Of a stretch of 64,000 bases of DNA, positions 50,052-59,790 are shown piece after piece. This DNA is from Gemmatimonadota bacterium (GTDB lineage: Bacteria > Gemmatimonadota > Gemmatimonadetes > Gemmatimonadales > GWC2-71-9). The stretch lies in contig JAZDCZ010000347.1 of assembly GCA_036679605.1 (NCBI GenBank), positions 32,001 to 96,000 on the forward strand, written 5' to 3'. The position numbers and the translations under genes are program-made. The notes below the pieces were generated by a model that saw only the letters and a program-made list of their open reading frames with translations, ran no database searches and had not been told where the DNA came from. Position 1 is the stretch's first letter. The number at the start of each line of letters is the position of its first letter.

Positions 50052-50082
50052 TAACGCCTATCTAACGTCCTCGTTGTATGCT
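50052..50082 (+). promoter_or_regulatory. Direct-repeat box 2 with candidate -10 element
   Basis: TAACGCC-TATC-TAACGTC, then 7 nt, then TATGCT. Confidence 0.65.
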
Positions 50083-50139
50083 CCGAAGCAGCATTAATAG
50101 GGGCGCTTGTCCCCTCGTTCCCGGAGAGCAAACATCAAT

Positions 50140-51495
50140 ATGCGGTGCGTTTGTCGTGTACTACTCGCTACGTCAGCCACCATGGTCTTCGGCTGCGGCG
50201 AGGCTCCCTTTGCGCCGTCGACAGCAGGTGGTCCCGCACTTGCAATCTCGGATGGAGCGCACAATGGTAACGCGCACTTCTTCTTCCTGCCGCCGTTGGT
50301 GCGTCAAGCCGAGTTCAGCGGCACCTTCGACGGTTCATTGTCTCCCGTGGTACGGATCACAGAGAACGGGGCACCGCTGGTCGACCTAACTCCTACAGTC
50401 CATCTGTTGGACGAATTGTATCAAGTGAATTGGCACACGGACGATTTCGCACTCGATTCATCCAAGAGTTATCGCATCGTCGTACTGCTCGATGGAACCG
50501 AGTTGGGCTTCGCTGACGTAGTTGTTGGCGCGACTGGAAAGGAGTTGCGGCCCGTCAACACCGATGAGTTCATCGCCTTGAAGGACGGCCGAACACTGCC
50601 GATCAAATTCCGGATTGAAGACGGTGCGCTACGAGGACCTCTTACTTGGACACTCGAAACTATCGACGGAACGTCGAACGTGTTGAGTGTGTGGGCATCG
50701 TCTCCTTCTGATGTGTGGGTCGCCGGCGGGTTTACGACCCTCTTTCACTTTGACGGTTCGACCTGGACTCAGCCGGGCCTTCCCTCAGGAACTCTGAACA
50801 CGAATTCCCTGTTCGGCTTTAGCCCCACGTCGGTATTTGCCGCAAGTCAGGCGGGAGTGATGCACTACGACGGCACTATGTGGACCTTTGTGTTGGGAGG
50901 CGTTGGTGAACTTTTTGGAATCTGGGGAACATCTGCGACAGATCTGTTTGTCTCTGGCGATGGCCGGTTCCTGCATTTCGACGGCAGCAACTGGACGGAC
51001 ATACCGACAGGTCTATCTACGGCTTTCAATACAGATCGTCTCCTTGCCATGTGGGGTACGTCATCGACCGACGTCTTCATAGCTGGCGCGTCAGTAGGAC
51101 CTAAAGGGCGGATTCTGCGCTATGACGGAAACACCGTGACTGAAATCATGACGGTTCAGGGCGCTGCAGTTCATGCCATCCATGGTACTGGGCCGAATGA
51201 CGTGTTTGCCGTCGGCTCTGGTGGGCACATATGGCATTACGACGGCGCCGCATGGACAGGAATGACCAGCGGTACTTCCCTACCGCTCGGTGGAGTATTC
51301 GCGGTCTCTCCGGTAGACGTCTATGCTGCAGGCAGCAGCGGCAGCTTACTACACTATGACGGTGTCACTTGGGCTCCTGTTACAAGCGGAACATCTCTGT
51401 TCCTCGGCGGCATCGGGTATGGAGTATTCGCGCTATCAGCAGATTTGGTGTACGTGACTGCCTCGCCAGGAACCCTGTTGGTAGGAAGACGCTAG
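50140..51495 (+). CDS. Lipoprotein with C-terminal 'WG..S..DV..G..HYDG..W' beta-propeller
   Basis: Start moved to ATG 50140. Lipobox MVFGC, N-terminal domain HFFFLPPLV..GTFD, about seven propeller blades. Confidence 0.82.
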   Translation: MRCVCRVLLATSATMVFGCGEAPFAPSTAGGPALAISDGAHNGNAHFFFLPPLVRQAEFSGTFDGSLSPVVRITENGAPLVDLTPTVHLLDELYQVNWHTDDFALDSSKSYRIVVLLDGTELGFADVVVGATGKELRPVNTDEFIALKDGRTLPIKFRIEDGALRGPLTWTLETIDGTSNVLSVWASSPSDVWVAGGFTTLFHFDGSTWTQPGLPSGTLNTNSLFGFSPTSVFAASQAGVMHYDGTMWTFVLGGVGELFGIWGTSATDLFVSGDGRFLHFDGSNWTDIPTGLSTAFNTDRLLAMWGTSSTDVFIAGASVGPKGRILRYDGNTVTEIMTVQGAAVHAIHGTGPNDVFAVGSGGHIWHYDGAAWTGMTSGTSLPLGGVFAVSPVDVYAAGSSGSLLHYDGVTWAPVTSGTSLFLGGIGYGVFALSADLVYVTASPGTLLVGRR

Positions 51496-51899
51496 ACGTA
51501 TGGTTGGGGCAGCCTCAGAGGGAACCGACCGAATCCAGGAGGCCGACTCTACATGACGACTCATAGTCAGACCCACAAGGCTTGGCTCGTACACTGACAG
51601 CAATCCTCCAGTGTGCGCGCGAGGCGGCGGTAAGTGCCTGTCGCTCCTGGGTGAGGGCCGGAAGCATCATGGGAGACGCGTTTCTGATATCTGTTACCCG
51701 AAACACCGCTGGGCAGTGGGGATTGTTCAGAACGACTGGCAAACACAACGGGCTGGCCCGTGGTGCGACGCGTCGAGGGCCCGAAACAAGTGACTCTTCT
51801 GGATTCACACACCTCCGACAGGGTGGCGAGGCCTGGCGCAATAATATCTGCCGTAGATAGGTTTATAGTCTACATCACAGCGAAAAGTGGAAGGAGCAA

Positions 51900-52364
51900 G
51901 TGCAGCGGGAGAAATCTATCTTCGACAAGATTGGCTCATTGATACCTGGATATCGCGGGTATGCAGAACGGGAGGGACGGCGCCAATCAGACAAACTCCT
52001 GCGGCTTCGGATTGCCGACGCCCTGGACCGGTGTGCCTCAAACGTGCAAGACCGGATCGACGATGCGCTCAGAGCCGGCGTTCCAGATCAGCTTGGGACG
52101 CACGAACGCTGCCACAAGAAACTGGATACGCTCGCGGCGAAAATTCGGTACGCCCCTCACGGCGTTTCGTCGTTCTTCAGCGACGTACAGGTCAAGGAGG
52201 AGGAGCTGCTGCACCTGTATGAGCTTGACTGCGCCCTCGCGCAGTCGACCGACACGCTGACCCAGGAGATCGGGCAACTCGATCCCAATACCGCCCTGAC
52301 CCACGTCGACGAAATAGCGAATGCCATGGATCGCAGAAACTCCTGGCTCCAGGAACGTAAGTAA
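51900..52364 (+). CDS. Conserved helical hypothetical protein
   Basis: GGAG RBS and GTG start; IPGYRGY.ERE.RR.SDKLLR..A.HG...FF...V.EEEL..LYE.D; TAATG coupling to the SPFH gene. Confidence 0.75.
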   Translation: MQREKSIFDKIGSLIPGYRGYAEREGRRQSDKLLRLRIADALDRCASNVQDRIDDALRAGVPDQLGTHERCHKKLDTLAAKIRYAPHGVSSFFSDVQVKEEELLHLYELDCALAQSTDTLTQEIGQLDPNTALTHVDEIANAMDRRNSWLQERK

Positions 52365-53353
52365 TGCCGGCACTCATGGAAGTTTTGGAGTTCCTGGACG
52401 ACTCGGGAAACGTAATGGTACAGCGGGTACCGTCCGTCGGCCAATGTTCTATTCGGTGGGGAGCACAACTCACTGTTCGTGAGAGTCAGGCAGCAGTCTT
52501 TGTCCGCGACGGTAAGGCCCTCGATGTATTCCCAACCGGTCGGTATGTGCTTGAAACGCAGAATGTGCCTGTCGTCGGGAAGTGGATCACAGGATTTGGC
52601 TATGGACCACAATCTCCTTTCCGAGCCGAGGTGTACTTTCTCAACTTGAAGCTGTTTCCTAATCTCCGTTGGGGTACGCGCGAACCAGTTGTCTTCCGCG
52701 ACGCAGAACTCCAGATGATCCGGCTTCGCTCAAATGGCATCTTCTCACTACAGATCGCGGACCCGACTGTTTTTCTCAACAAGGTTGTTGGTACACAAGG
52801 TCTATACCTGGATAACCACATTCACGACTATCTACGCAACACGATAGTGACACGCCTGACAACTGTCTTGGGAAAACATTTCAAGACGATATTCGATGTT
52901 CCCACGGAACTGGACAACCTCTCCCTCATGGTACGAAGCAGCTTGCGGGATGATTTCGGCGGACTAGGGCTGTCGCTCCATGATTTCCTCATCAATTCCG
53001 TTTCGGTGCCTCCGAATGTACAACAGTTGATCGACGCTCGCGCGGGCATGGCTGCTGTCGGAAACATGGATCAGTTCATGCGGTTCAAGGCTGCCATGGC
53101 TCTCGAGACAGCCGCCGACAACCCGGGTGGTGGGGCCGCTGCGGGCGTAGGGGTAGGCGCCGGTGTCGGTCTCGGCTTCATGTTACCGCAGATGATGCGA
53201 GACGCATTCACAGCTCCACACCCCACGCCAGAGACACCGGCCACCGACACGGCTCTCGACACCATCAGACACCTCAAGGAGCTGGTCGATCTAGGCGCTA
53301 TTACCCAGGACGAGTTCGAGCACAAGAAGCAGGAACTCTTGAAGGAGATTTAG
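52364..53353 (+). CDS. SPFH/Band-7-like protein (YdjI-like) with C-terminal SHOCT domain
   Basis: WGAQLTVRESQAAVFVRDGK, SPFRAEVYF, WGT.EP, Gly-rich GVGVGAGVGLG and LKELVDLGAITQDEFEHKKQELL. Confidence 0.88.
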   Translation: MPALMEVLEFLDDSGNVMVQRVPSVGQCSIRWGAQLTVRESQAAVFVRDGKALDVFPTGRYVLETQNVPVVGKWITGFGYGPQSPFRAEVYFLNLKLFPNLRWGTREPVVFRDAELQMIRLRSNGIFSLQIADPTVFLNKVVGTQGLYLDNHIHDYLRNTIVTRLTTVLGKHFKTIFDVPTELDNLSLMVRSSLRDDFGGLGLSLHDFLINSVSVPPNVQQLIDARAGMAAVGNMDQFMRFKAAMALETAADNPGGGAAAGVGVGAGVGLGFMLPQMMRDAFTAPHPTPETPATDTALDTIRHLKELVDLGAITQDEFEHKKQELLKEI

Positions 53354-53354
53354 G

Positions 53355-53711
53355 GTGAGATTCGTCCTCGGCGTAGGCCTCGCGATCATTACGGTGGCAA
53401 CCGTGGTCTACGTGTTGGAAACAGATCGCTCATTGGTGCAAGTCACGGTCGGGTTCATCTTGTTTTTCCTCCCGGCCGTCTTCATCTCATCTTTCAGGTC
53501 CACAGCGTCAATCTTCCTGCTCGTCGCCTGTACAGGGGCAACGGGATACTTGGTCGTCAAGGGCTCGTACTACGACACCGCGCTCGGAATTGGACTGGCC
53601 CTGTTGTTGGGTGGATCTATCGCCTACTGGAGAATCCGTCATTACCAACCCTTTTCCCGCGCAAGTTTTGAGCAACAAGCAACCGGCAACAAGGATTTTA
53701 GGGATGGCTGA
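53355..53711 (+). CDS. Small 4-TM hypothetical membrane protein
   Basis: Hydrophobic helices; tight operon spacing on both sides. Confidence 0.7.
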   Translation: MRFVLGVGLAIITVATVVYVLETDRSLVQVTVGFILFFLPAVFISSFRSTASIFLLVACTGATGYLVVKGSYYDTALGIGLALLLGGSIAYWRIRHYQPFSRASFEQQATGNKDFRDG

Positions 53712-54165
53712 GGACCCACTGCAGTACTTTGGCGAGGCGATCTCGCTCGTTCACGATGGGTTCTATATGGATGCCATCGAGAGGTTGCAGACGCTGGTTA
53801 ACCGCTTCCCGGAGTCGGATCTCGCCGACGACGCACTATACAACGTCGCGTTGTGCTATTACGAACTGAACCAGTTTACAGAGGCCGAGTCACACCTCGT
53901 TTACCTTCGCGACGCCTATCCCGACGCCCAAATCGACTCCCAGAGCGCACTTGACGAACACGGCCGTACTGCGGCGCGAGCCCACTATCTCAGCGCCAAC
54001 TGCAGCCTTGCGCAGGGACACATCGGGCAAGCCGAGGCATCAGTAACTGCTCTGCAGGACTACTCCGATTCCTATGTGATCAAGGACGGGAAAAGAATAG
54101 CCTACGGAGACCTCGCACAGAACGCCATCGATCTCTATAAGAGTCTTACCCACCCTGGGTCCTGA
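53704..54165 (+). CDS. TPR-repeat protein
   Basis: Start moved to ATG 53704; FPESDLADDALYNVALCYY and AARAHYLSANC. Confidence 0.78.
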   Translation: MAEDPLQYFGEAISLVHDGFYMDAIERLQTLVNRFPESDLADDALYNVALCYYELNQFTEAESHLVYLRDAYPDAQIDSQSALDEHGRTAARAHYLSANCSLAQGHIGQAEASVTALQDYSDSYVIKDGKRIAYGDLAQNAIDLYKSLTHPGS

Positions 54166-54179
54166 GAAGGATAAACAGC

Positions 54180-55031
54180 ATGGCCACCTTCAAGACAACA
54201 CAATGTCCCAACTGTGGAGCCGGCCTGCAGGTTCCACACGACAAAGACGACATTATCTGCATGTATTGCGGTGGCCAAGTAGTGGTCAAGCAGACAGTCC
54301 CGAAAATCGCCGGTAGCAATGTTGACAATTTGCTGAAACTCGCTGAGGTCGACCGCGAGGCAGGACAACTTGGGGATGCCATCCATTATTACAACAAGGT
54401 GCTCGAGGTGGAAGTCGAGAACGCCACCGCTTGGTTCGGTAAAGGGAAGTGCCTCGTGCTGAGGTCCATAGGGAAGTCCGAATGGCAGAATCCGCTTGAT
54501 CAGGCCGTCACGTTCTTCAAGAAGGCGGTGGAATACGCTGAGGATCAAGCAAAGATGAAAAAGCGCATCGCTTTTGAACTCTGGGACATCGTCACCGTTC
54601 TAAGACGTGGCATCATGATTCGATACAGACGAGATCGAAGCAACAGCCTAACGACCCTTATGACGAAAGTTCAAATGTATGAACTCGATAAACACATGGC
54701 AATGGCCTTCGAGTACCACCCCGACGAGAGGATTATCAAAGAAGCGTTGAACATTTGCCAGGAGTATGTGAAGGAGCTAACGGGCTCGCTGAGTACAAAG
54801 CACCTCACACCGGAGGACAAACACATGAAGGCGCAGCTGCAGAAGTACACCGCAGACCTGGCAGCGGCTCCGGCTGCCGCGCAACCTGAATCGACAGCGA
54901 CTGCTGCAGCTTTCCCGTCTACCACTGAGCAACAACAGCCGGCAATCGGAATGGGTCAACGCATTTTTAGTGTCGGGTTCCTCGGAGCGTTAATTGCGGC
55001 GGTTATTTGGACGGTATTGGTTTGGAAGTAA
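54180..55031 (+). CDS. Zinc-ribbon + TPR protein with C-terminal TM anchor
   Basis: CPNCGA..CMYCG, YYNKVLE..NATAWFGKG and a C-terminal hydrophobic helix. Confidence 0.8.
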   Translation: MATFKTTQCPNCGAGLQVPHDKDDIICMYCGGQVVVKQTVPKIAGSNVDNLLKLAEVDREAGQLGDAIHYYNKVLEVEVENATAWFGKGKCLVLRSIGKSEWQNPLDQAVTFFKKAVEYAEDQAKMKKRIAFELWDIVTVLRRGIMIRYRRDRSNSLTTLMTKVQMYELDKHMAMAFEYHPDERIIKEALNICQEYVKELTGSLSTKHLTPEDKHMKAQLQKYTADLAAAPAAAQPESTATAAAFPSTTEQQQPAIGMGQRIFSVGFLGALIAAVIWTVLVWK

Positions 55032-55678
55032 CCGCAGTTAGTGGACGGGCCGTCTTCAATGATGTTGGTTCGGGAGACCCTGATTCCTCGGCGGGCTTTT
55101 GGGTGCTCCGCCTTGAGTCGTCCTGGGGAACCGTGGTAACCGATTCGTTCGAAATCAACTATCCGCCCTCCCTACATTTCGAAAGTGGCAACATTAATGG
55201 GCAGGGCCTGGGTCCGCAGGCACCTACTATGACCATGGGTGTAGGAGATTCAATCGTAGGAGCGATCAATCTCACGTATTCGACAAATTGGGGAGCGGCA
55301 TCGATAGTTCTGGGCATGAGCAGCACCTGGGACCGCCGCGAGGACGTCGCCCCCTGCAGGGGCCTACCTACTCCCGTGCGCAATGGCGTGACACGTGACC
55401 TACCTATCAATCTCCGGGCGCCGTCAGAACCTGGTACCTACCATATTATCTTCGCCTTTGCCGCCGAAGAAGATACCAAACAGGTGTTCTGAGGCACCAA
55501 CTGGACTCTTGGCCAGCCGGTGTGGTACGACGGCAACGACATCGTTGACTGGCCCGACAGTCTCCTGGCAATTGCTCGTACAACAGGCACCGTAGCCGAT
55601 CAACTGGTACTCAAACCCAACGATCTGACTGCCATTACGTTGGTCGCGGCGACTGTGCTGGATGTGACAGTGCGGTAG
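55028..55678 (+). pseudogene. 3' fragment of a second copy of the BTAD regulator (extracytoplasmic domain only) with an internal TGA
   Basis: Colinear with ~49350-49998 (WVLR.ESSWGTV.TDSFE.NYPPSLHF, YSTNWGAASIVLGMSSTW, VLDV.VR*). TGA at 55490 sits where the intact copy has TCG. No 5' part is present. Confidence 0.9.
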
Positions 55679-55960
55679 GGAGCTGGAATGGGGTGATCGG
55701 CAGTCGCCCTGCCTCTTGTGGTCTCATATGACGCCCATCTAACGCCACCGCTGTATTGATAAGCGCTGAGTGAGCTGCGCCGGATTGTCACACCCTCAAC
55801 CCAGCTTCCAAAGACCGGCACCGTCCGCGGCTACCCAGGAGAACCAGAAAATGGCAGATCGGAAGTCCAAGTTTCTTGAGAGTACTCTCTGCACGCCGCT
55901 GACAGTGCCGGATGCACCGTGTAGCGCGACAGACTCGGCGACGGCATCCGAGGCCGCCAA
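55655..55960 (+). repeat. Module repeat (regulator end + box + leader + peptide ORF start); close copy at ~60197-60500
   Basis: Long near-identical stretch, e.g. CCTGCCTCTTGTGGTCTCATATGACGCCCATCTAACGCCACCGCTGTATTGATAAG and GAGCTGCGCCGGATTGTCACACCCTCAACCCAGCTTCCAA in both copies. Confidence 0.92.
55729..55746 (+). promoter_or_regulatory. Direct-repeat box 3
   Basis: TGACGCC-CATC-TAACGCC, then 7 nt, then TATTGA. Confidence 0.65.
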
Positions 55961-56036
55961 AGAGCAGAAGTCAGCAAATCTCGGTCCGAGTCAGCCCGAC
56001 ACCAAGACGCCGCGGAGTGGTGGCGAACGGGAGTAG
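55851..56036 (+). CDS. Small conserved peptide, copy 1 (internally deleted, 61 aa)
   Basis: GGAG RBS; MADRKSKFLESTLCTPLTVPDA; lacks about 30 codons present in copies 2 and 3. Confidence 0.6.
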   Translation: MADRKSKFLESTLCTPLTVPDAPCSATDSATASEAAKEQKSANLGPSQPDTKTPRSGGERE

Positions 56037-56044
56037 ACTTTTCC

Positions 56045-58564
56045 ATGAAGAAACTACTGTTGCATCAACATCCAAATATGAGGGCAGCACGTGTCCTCGG
56101 GTGTACCGCAATTCTCACAGCGGCCCTCGTTTCGGGCTCTTGTGGTTCGGGGTCTAGTTCAGAGAGGCCCACCGGGCCTACTGGTCCCGACGGTACAGTT
56201 CCCGCCGTCGCTTCAATCCTGGTGGCCCCAGATAGCACGCTTCTCACCGCTCTGGGGGATACCACCCGATACACAGCGGCGGCCAAAGATGCTCAGCAGA
56301 ACACAGTCACCGGCATCACGTTCGCTTGGACCTCCTCAGATACCACAGTCGCCACCGTCGATCCTGCCACCGGCCTCGTTACCTCAACAGCCAACGGCTC
56401 TGCGACGATAACTGCGGTGGCAAGCGGGATCTCGGGTAGCGCAGGACTCCGTGTTATGCAATCGGTAATGACCATTTCCGTCACGCCAGCTGCTGACACA
56501 TTGGTGGCTCTCGGTGGCACGATTCGGTTTACCGCAACGGCAACAGATGCACTGCAGAATGCCGTGACGGGGACAACGTTCGCTTGGACCTCATCAGATA
56601 CCACAGTCGCCACCGTTGATGCAGGCACCGGTCTCATCACCTCATTAGCCAACGGCTCGGTGACGATAACTGCGGTGGCAAGCGGGATCTCGGGTAGCGC
56701 AGGACTCCTTGTTATGCAATCGGTAATGACGATTTCGGTCACGCCAGCCGCTGACACATTGGTGGCTCTCGGTGGCACGATTCGGTTTACCGCAACGGCA
56801 ACAGATGGGAACGGCAACTCCATTGTCGGCGCGGTCCTTCAGTGGTCTTCGTCCGACACCACGGTCGTTCGGGTAGATGCGTCTTCCGGCCTCGCAATGG
56901 CGGTTGCAAACGGGTCGGTCAGTATCACGGCCCTTGCTGATGGAGGGGTCGGCAGTGCTGCCCTCAGGGTTTTTCAGGAAGTAGTCAGCGTAAATGTGAC
57001 CCCGGCGGTGGACACCATCTCAGGTATCGGTAATGTTCTACAGTTCAGTGCTATCGCGAGGGATCCCAATGATAGTGCCGTAACCAGCGTCCCGTTTATC
57101 TGGCTCTCGTCGAATCACAATGTTGCCGTGTTGGACACCAACGGTCTTGCTACCTCAACGGGCGAGGGAACCGCTGTGATAACGGCGGCCACCCGGGGCG
57201 TCCCGGGAAGTGCCACCTTAATAGTCGCAGCTGCGTCCCAAATGTCGATCAATGCTGGCGATGGACAGTCAGCTACCGTGGGCGCCGTTGTGGCAGTTCC
57301 ACCGAGCGTCTTCGTAACGGATCGGTTTGCTAATCCTGTGTCTGGGGTGGCTGTGACATTCGCTGTGACGCGCGGTGGAGGTACGGTGAACCCGACCACC
57401 GCAATTTCTACCGATACAAATGGCCTGGCAGCAGTGACTTCGTGGACATTGGGTAAGACCGTCGGATCCAATACGCTCACCGCTTCATCCACTGGCCTCA
57501 CAGGTAGTCCTTTAACAGTTATGGCTACTGCGACTGTGTCAGTAGCCGCACAGATGTCGATCAATGCTGGCGATGGACAGTCAGCTACCGTGGGCGCTGT
57601 TGTGGCAGTTCCGCCGAGCGTCTTGGTAACGGATCAGTTTGGTAATCCTGTGTCTGGGGTGGCTGTGACATTCGCTGTGGCGAGCGGCGGAGGTACGGTG
57701 AACCCGACCACGGCAATTTCTACCGATACAAATGGCTTGGCAGCGGTGACTTCGTGGACATTGGGTAAGACCGTCGGATCCAATACGCTCACGGCTGTTT
57801 CGGTAGGCCTTACGGGCAGTCCGGTGACATTCAATGCGACCGCAACTATTGCGACGGGTATGTTGTTGTCACTGACTTCATCGGTACCGACAAACGAGTT
57901 CTTAGTGACTGTTGATGGTGGAGCGTTTGGGACTAACGCCCAAGTCACCCGTGTGTTAGGCAACTCGATGACGTCAGCCAGTACTACGGTAGGGGTACCT
58001 GCTGGGAGCGGATACCGAGTAAGGGCGGTGGCTCTCCTATTGGGTTCCGGCGGCACGTTCCCTGTGATGAGCGCGAGTGGGAAGGCAGAGGGGGTTGCAG
58101 TTGTCACAGGCAATCTCACCAACGTTTCCGTTTCGTTGGCGGCCCCGACTGTGGTGATTACCGCCCCGACATCAGTGAGTGCGGGACAGTCATATACAAT
58201 TTCGTGGACATACACGGATCCCGGTGATGCGTTGGACCGAACTGGCCAAGGGAGGTTGGATGGACGGATTCATCATAGCTCGAGTGCGTTCGGCGATTTG
58301 ACGGGTGCCCAGACACTTGCAGCCATCGCGACTCAGAACGGTCCAACTAGCTATTCCTTCGAAGCGACGCTAACTGCGCCTCTCACACCAGGTACGATCT
58401 TTTTCCAAGCGGTTGCACAGATTTTCAATATATCTGTTTCGGGTCTCAGTAGGGCGGGGTGGTTTATAGACCCCAGCACTGCAAGAGGTGAAGCACTTAG
58501 GCAGATTACGGTGAATTGGTTGGTTGACCGAGCTATTCTCAATAGTTATGGATTGGTGGAATGA
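56045..58564 (+). CDS. Surface lipoprotein with four Big_2-type and two invasin-type Ig-like repeats
   Basis: Leader MKKLLLHQHPNM, lipobox SGSC, repeats 'FAWTSSDTTVATVD..G..T..ANGS.TITA' and two 'GDGQSATVG..VTD.F.NPVSGV.VTF' units. Confidence 0.88.
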   Translation: MKKLLLHQHPNMRAARVLGCTAILTAALVSGSCGSGSSSERPTGPTGPDGTVPAVASILVAPDSTLLTALGDTTRYTAAAKDAQQNTVTGITFAWTSSDTTVATVDPATGLVTSTANGSATITAVASGISGSAGLRVMQSVMTISVTPAADTLVALGGTIRFTATATDALQNAVTGTTFAWTSSDTTVATVDAGTGLITSLANGSVTITAVASGISGSAGLLVMQSVMTISVTPAADTLVALGGTIRFTATATDGNGNSIVGAVLQWSSSDTTVVRVDASSGLAMAVANGSVSITALADGGVGSAALRVFQEVVSVNVTPAVDTISGIGNVLQFSAIARDPNDSAVTSVPFIWLSSNHNVAVLDTNGLATSTGEGTAVITAATRGVPGSATLIVAAASQMSINAGDGQSATVGAVVAVPPSVFVTDRFANPVSGVAVTFAVTRGGGTVNPTTAISTDTNGLAAVTSWTLGKTVGSNTLTASSTGLTGSPLTVMATATVSVAAQMSINAGDGQSATVGAVVAVPPSVLVTDQFGNPVSGVAVTFAVASGGGTVNPTTAISTDTNGLAAVTSWTLGKTVGSNTLTAVSVGLTGSPVTFNATATIATGMLLSLTSSVPTNEFLVTVDGGAFGTNAQVTRVLGNSMTSASTTVGVPAGSGYRVRAVALLLGSGGTFPVMSASGKAEGVAVVTGNLTNVSVSLAAPTVVITAPTSVSAGQSYTISWTYTDPGDALDRTGQGRLDGRIHHSSSAFGDLTGAQTLAAIATQNGPTSYSFEATLTAPLTPGTIFFQAVAQIFNISVSGLSRAGWFIDPSTARGEALRQITVNWLVDRAILNSYGLVE
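56318..56807 (+). repeat. Near-identical Ig-domain duplication (258-bp period)
   Basis: 56318-56549 matches 56576-56807 with few substitutions. Confidence 0.88.
57242..57792 (+). repeat. Near-identical Ig-domain duplication (312-bp period)
   Basis: 57242-57480 matches 57554-57792 with few substitutions. Confidence 0.88.
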
Positions 58565-58631
58565 GAAGGGCGGCGCATCCTTTGGTGTAGCATATACGGC
58601 ACTCCTGGCTATTGAAGGCAAATATTTTTAC

Positions 58632-58772
58632 GAGCTGGCCGGAGAAGGTGCTCGTCGGATGTTGGTAGAGGCATTGGAGCCAGAGGTCGCCGAGTACATC
58701 GGGCGGCACACTGACGAGCGTGATGCGGCTGGCCGGGCCCATGTGGTTCACGACGGAGTGGAACAGAAATAG
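58632..58772 (+). mobile_element. IS256-family transposase N-terminal remnant
   Basis: ELAGEGARRMLVEALEPEVAEYIGRHTDERDAAGRAHVVHDG resembles the IS256 N-terminus (GARRML..ALE.EV..Y...RD..G...VVRNG) and then stops. Confidence 0.75.
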
Positions 58773-58923
58773 CTGTTGGCGAGACACGATGAGTCTCATA
58801 CGGAAGTCATTCAGGTGAGTTCCGAAAAGGTATCAATAGACTGTCGGCTGGTGGGCCCAAGGAACGCTGACTGCCTGCAGCTGATCTGCGAAGTCGGTCT
58901 ATAACTCGAGGAGAATAGTAACC

Positions 58924-59433
58924 ATGGCAGAATTCACTGTTGCAGGTCCCTTCCGCATGCCATCTGACCAGCGTGCCGGTGGGAAGAAACTCCATTACGC
59001 TAAATTCTGGAAACAGTCGGATGAAATAGGTGGGTTACGAAAGGAATGTGGTGTATATGTGTTTGCGGTGAAAGCGGGGAAAGGATACACACCTTGGTAC
59101 GTGGGGAAGGCAACGAAGTCCTTTGGTCAGGAATGTTTTAGTCCCACGAAGCGTGTCAAGTTTTATAACGCATTAGCTGAATACAAGCAAGCTACGCCCG
59201 TACTATTTTTTGTGCGCCATCCCAAGAAGCCAGGCAAGACTAATGAGAAGGAAATAGAGCAGATCGAATCTTTCCTAATTCAGCTAGCCGCCGAGAAGAA
59301 CGAGAACCTCCAAAATGTTCAGAAAAAGAAAGGGCCAGATTGGTCTATTGCGGGTGTAATACGAGGGAAGAAAGGAAAGCCAACCAAGAGTGCAAGAGAG
59401 TTTAGGAAAGCAATTGGTCAAATCAAGAAATGA
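58924..59433 (+). CDS. Putative GIY-YIG superfamily nuclease
   Basis: GAGGAG RBS; GVYVF....YVGKA, later IESFLI and LQN; Lys-rich and visibly more AT-rich than the core genes. Confidence 0.6.
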   Translation: MAEFTVAGPFRMPSDQRAGGKKLHYAKFWKQSDEIGGLRKECGVYVFAVKAGKGYTPWYVGKATKSFGQECFSPTKRVKFYNALAEYKQATPVLFFVRHPKKPGKTNEKEIEQIESFLIQLAAEKNENLQNVQKKKGPDWSIAGVIRGKKGKPTKSAREFRKAIGQIKK

Positions 59434-59486
59434 AAGCGTCAAATAACTACAGGTTGATCTGAAGCCATGGCCGCCACATGGTCGAC

Positions 59487-59582
59487 GTCCGACAGTAATC
59501 AGCCTCACAACAAGACGCCGCGGAGTGGTGGCGAAGGTGACTGCCGTACCGGCGATGCGAGCTACTCAGATGGTACCGTCGC
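59487..59582 (+). repeat. Partial fourth copy of the small-peptide ORF
   Basis: CAAGACGCCGCGGAGTGGTGGCGAA (59511-59535) is identical to 56003-56027. The sequence then continues GGTGACTGC..GATGCGAG..TCAGATGGTACCGTCGC as in copies 2 and 3. Confidence 0.8.
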
Positions 59583-59604
59583 TCTTCGTGACGTCCCAAG
59601 CAAC

Positions 59605-59790
59605 CTAGACGGGGTCAATCGATAAGATGGCGACTGGTTTATGGCACTTGGTGCACTCAATCTCCATTTTGCCGAAGTGGTCCTTCGTCTTGGCCTCTTT
59701 GGTTCTCACCTCAATCTTGTCGCTCCAGACATTGCGTTCGACCGTGATAACAGCATCGCACTTCTTGCATCCGAACTGCACAAATTTCAT
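59605..59790 (-). CDS. Small zinc-finger-like protein (61 aa)
   Basis: AAGGA upstream of ATG 59790; MKFVQFGCKKC...ECTKCHKP. Confidence 0.55.
   Translation of the reverse strand: MKFVQFGCKKCDAVITVERNVWSDKIEVRTKEAKTKDHFGKMEIECTKCHKPVAILSIDPV

Noticed and set aside
55490..55492. In-frame TGA as selenocysteine or programmed readthrough
   Set aside because: It aligns to Ser (TCG), not Cys, in the intact paralog, and the fragment has no 5' end. A nonsense mutation is the simpler explanation.
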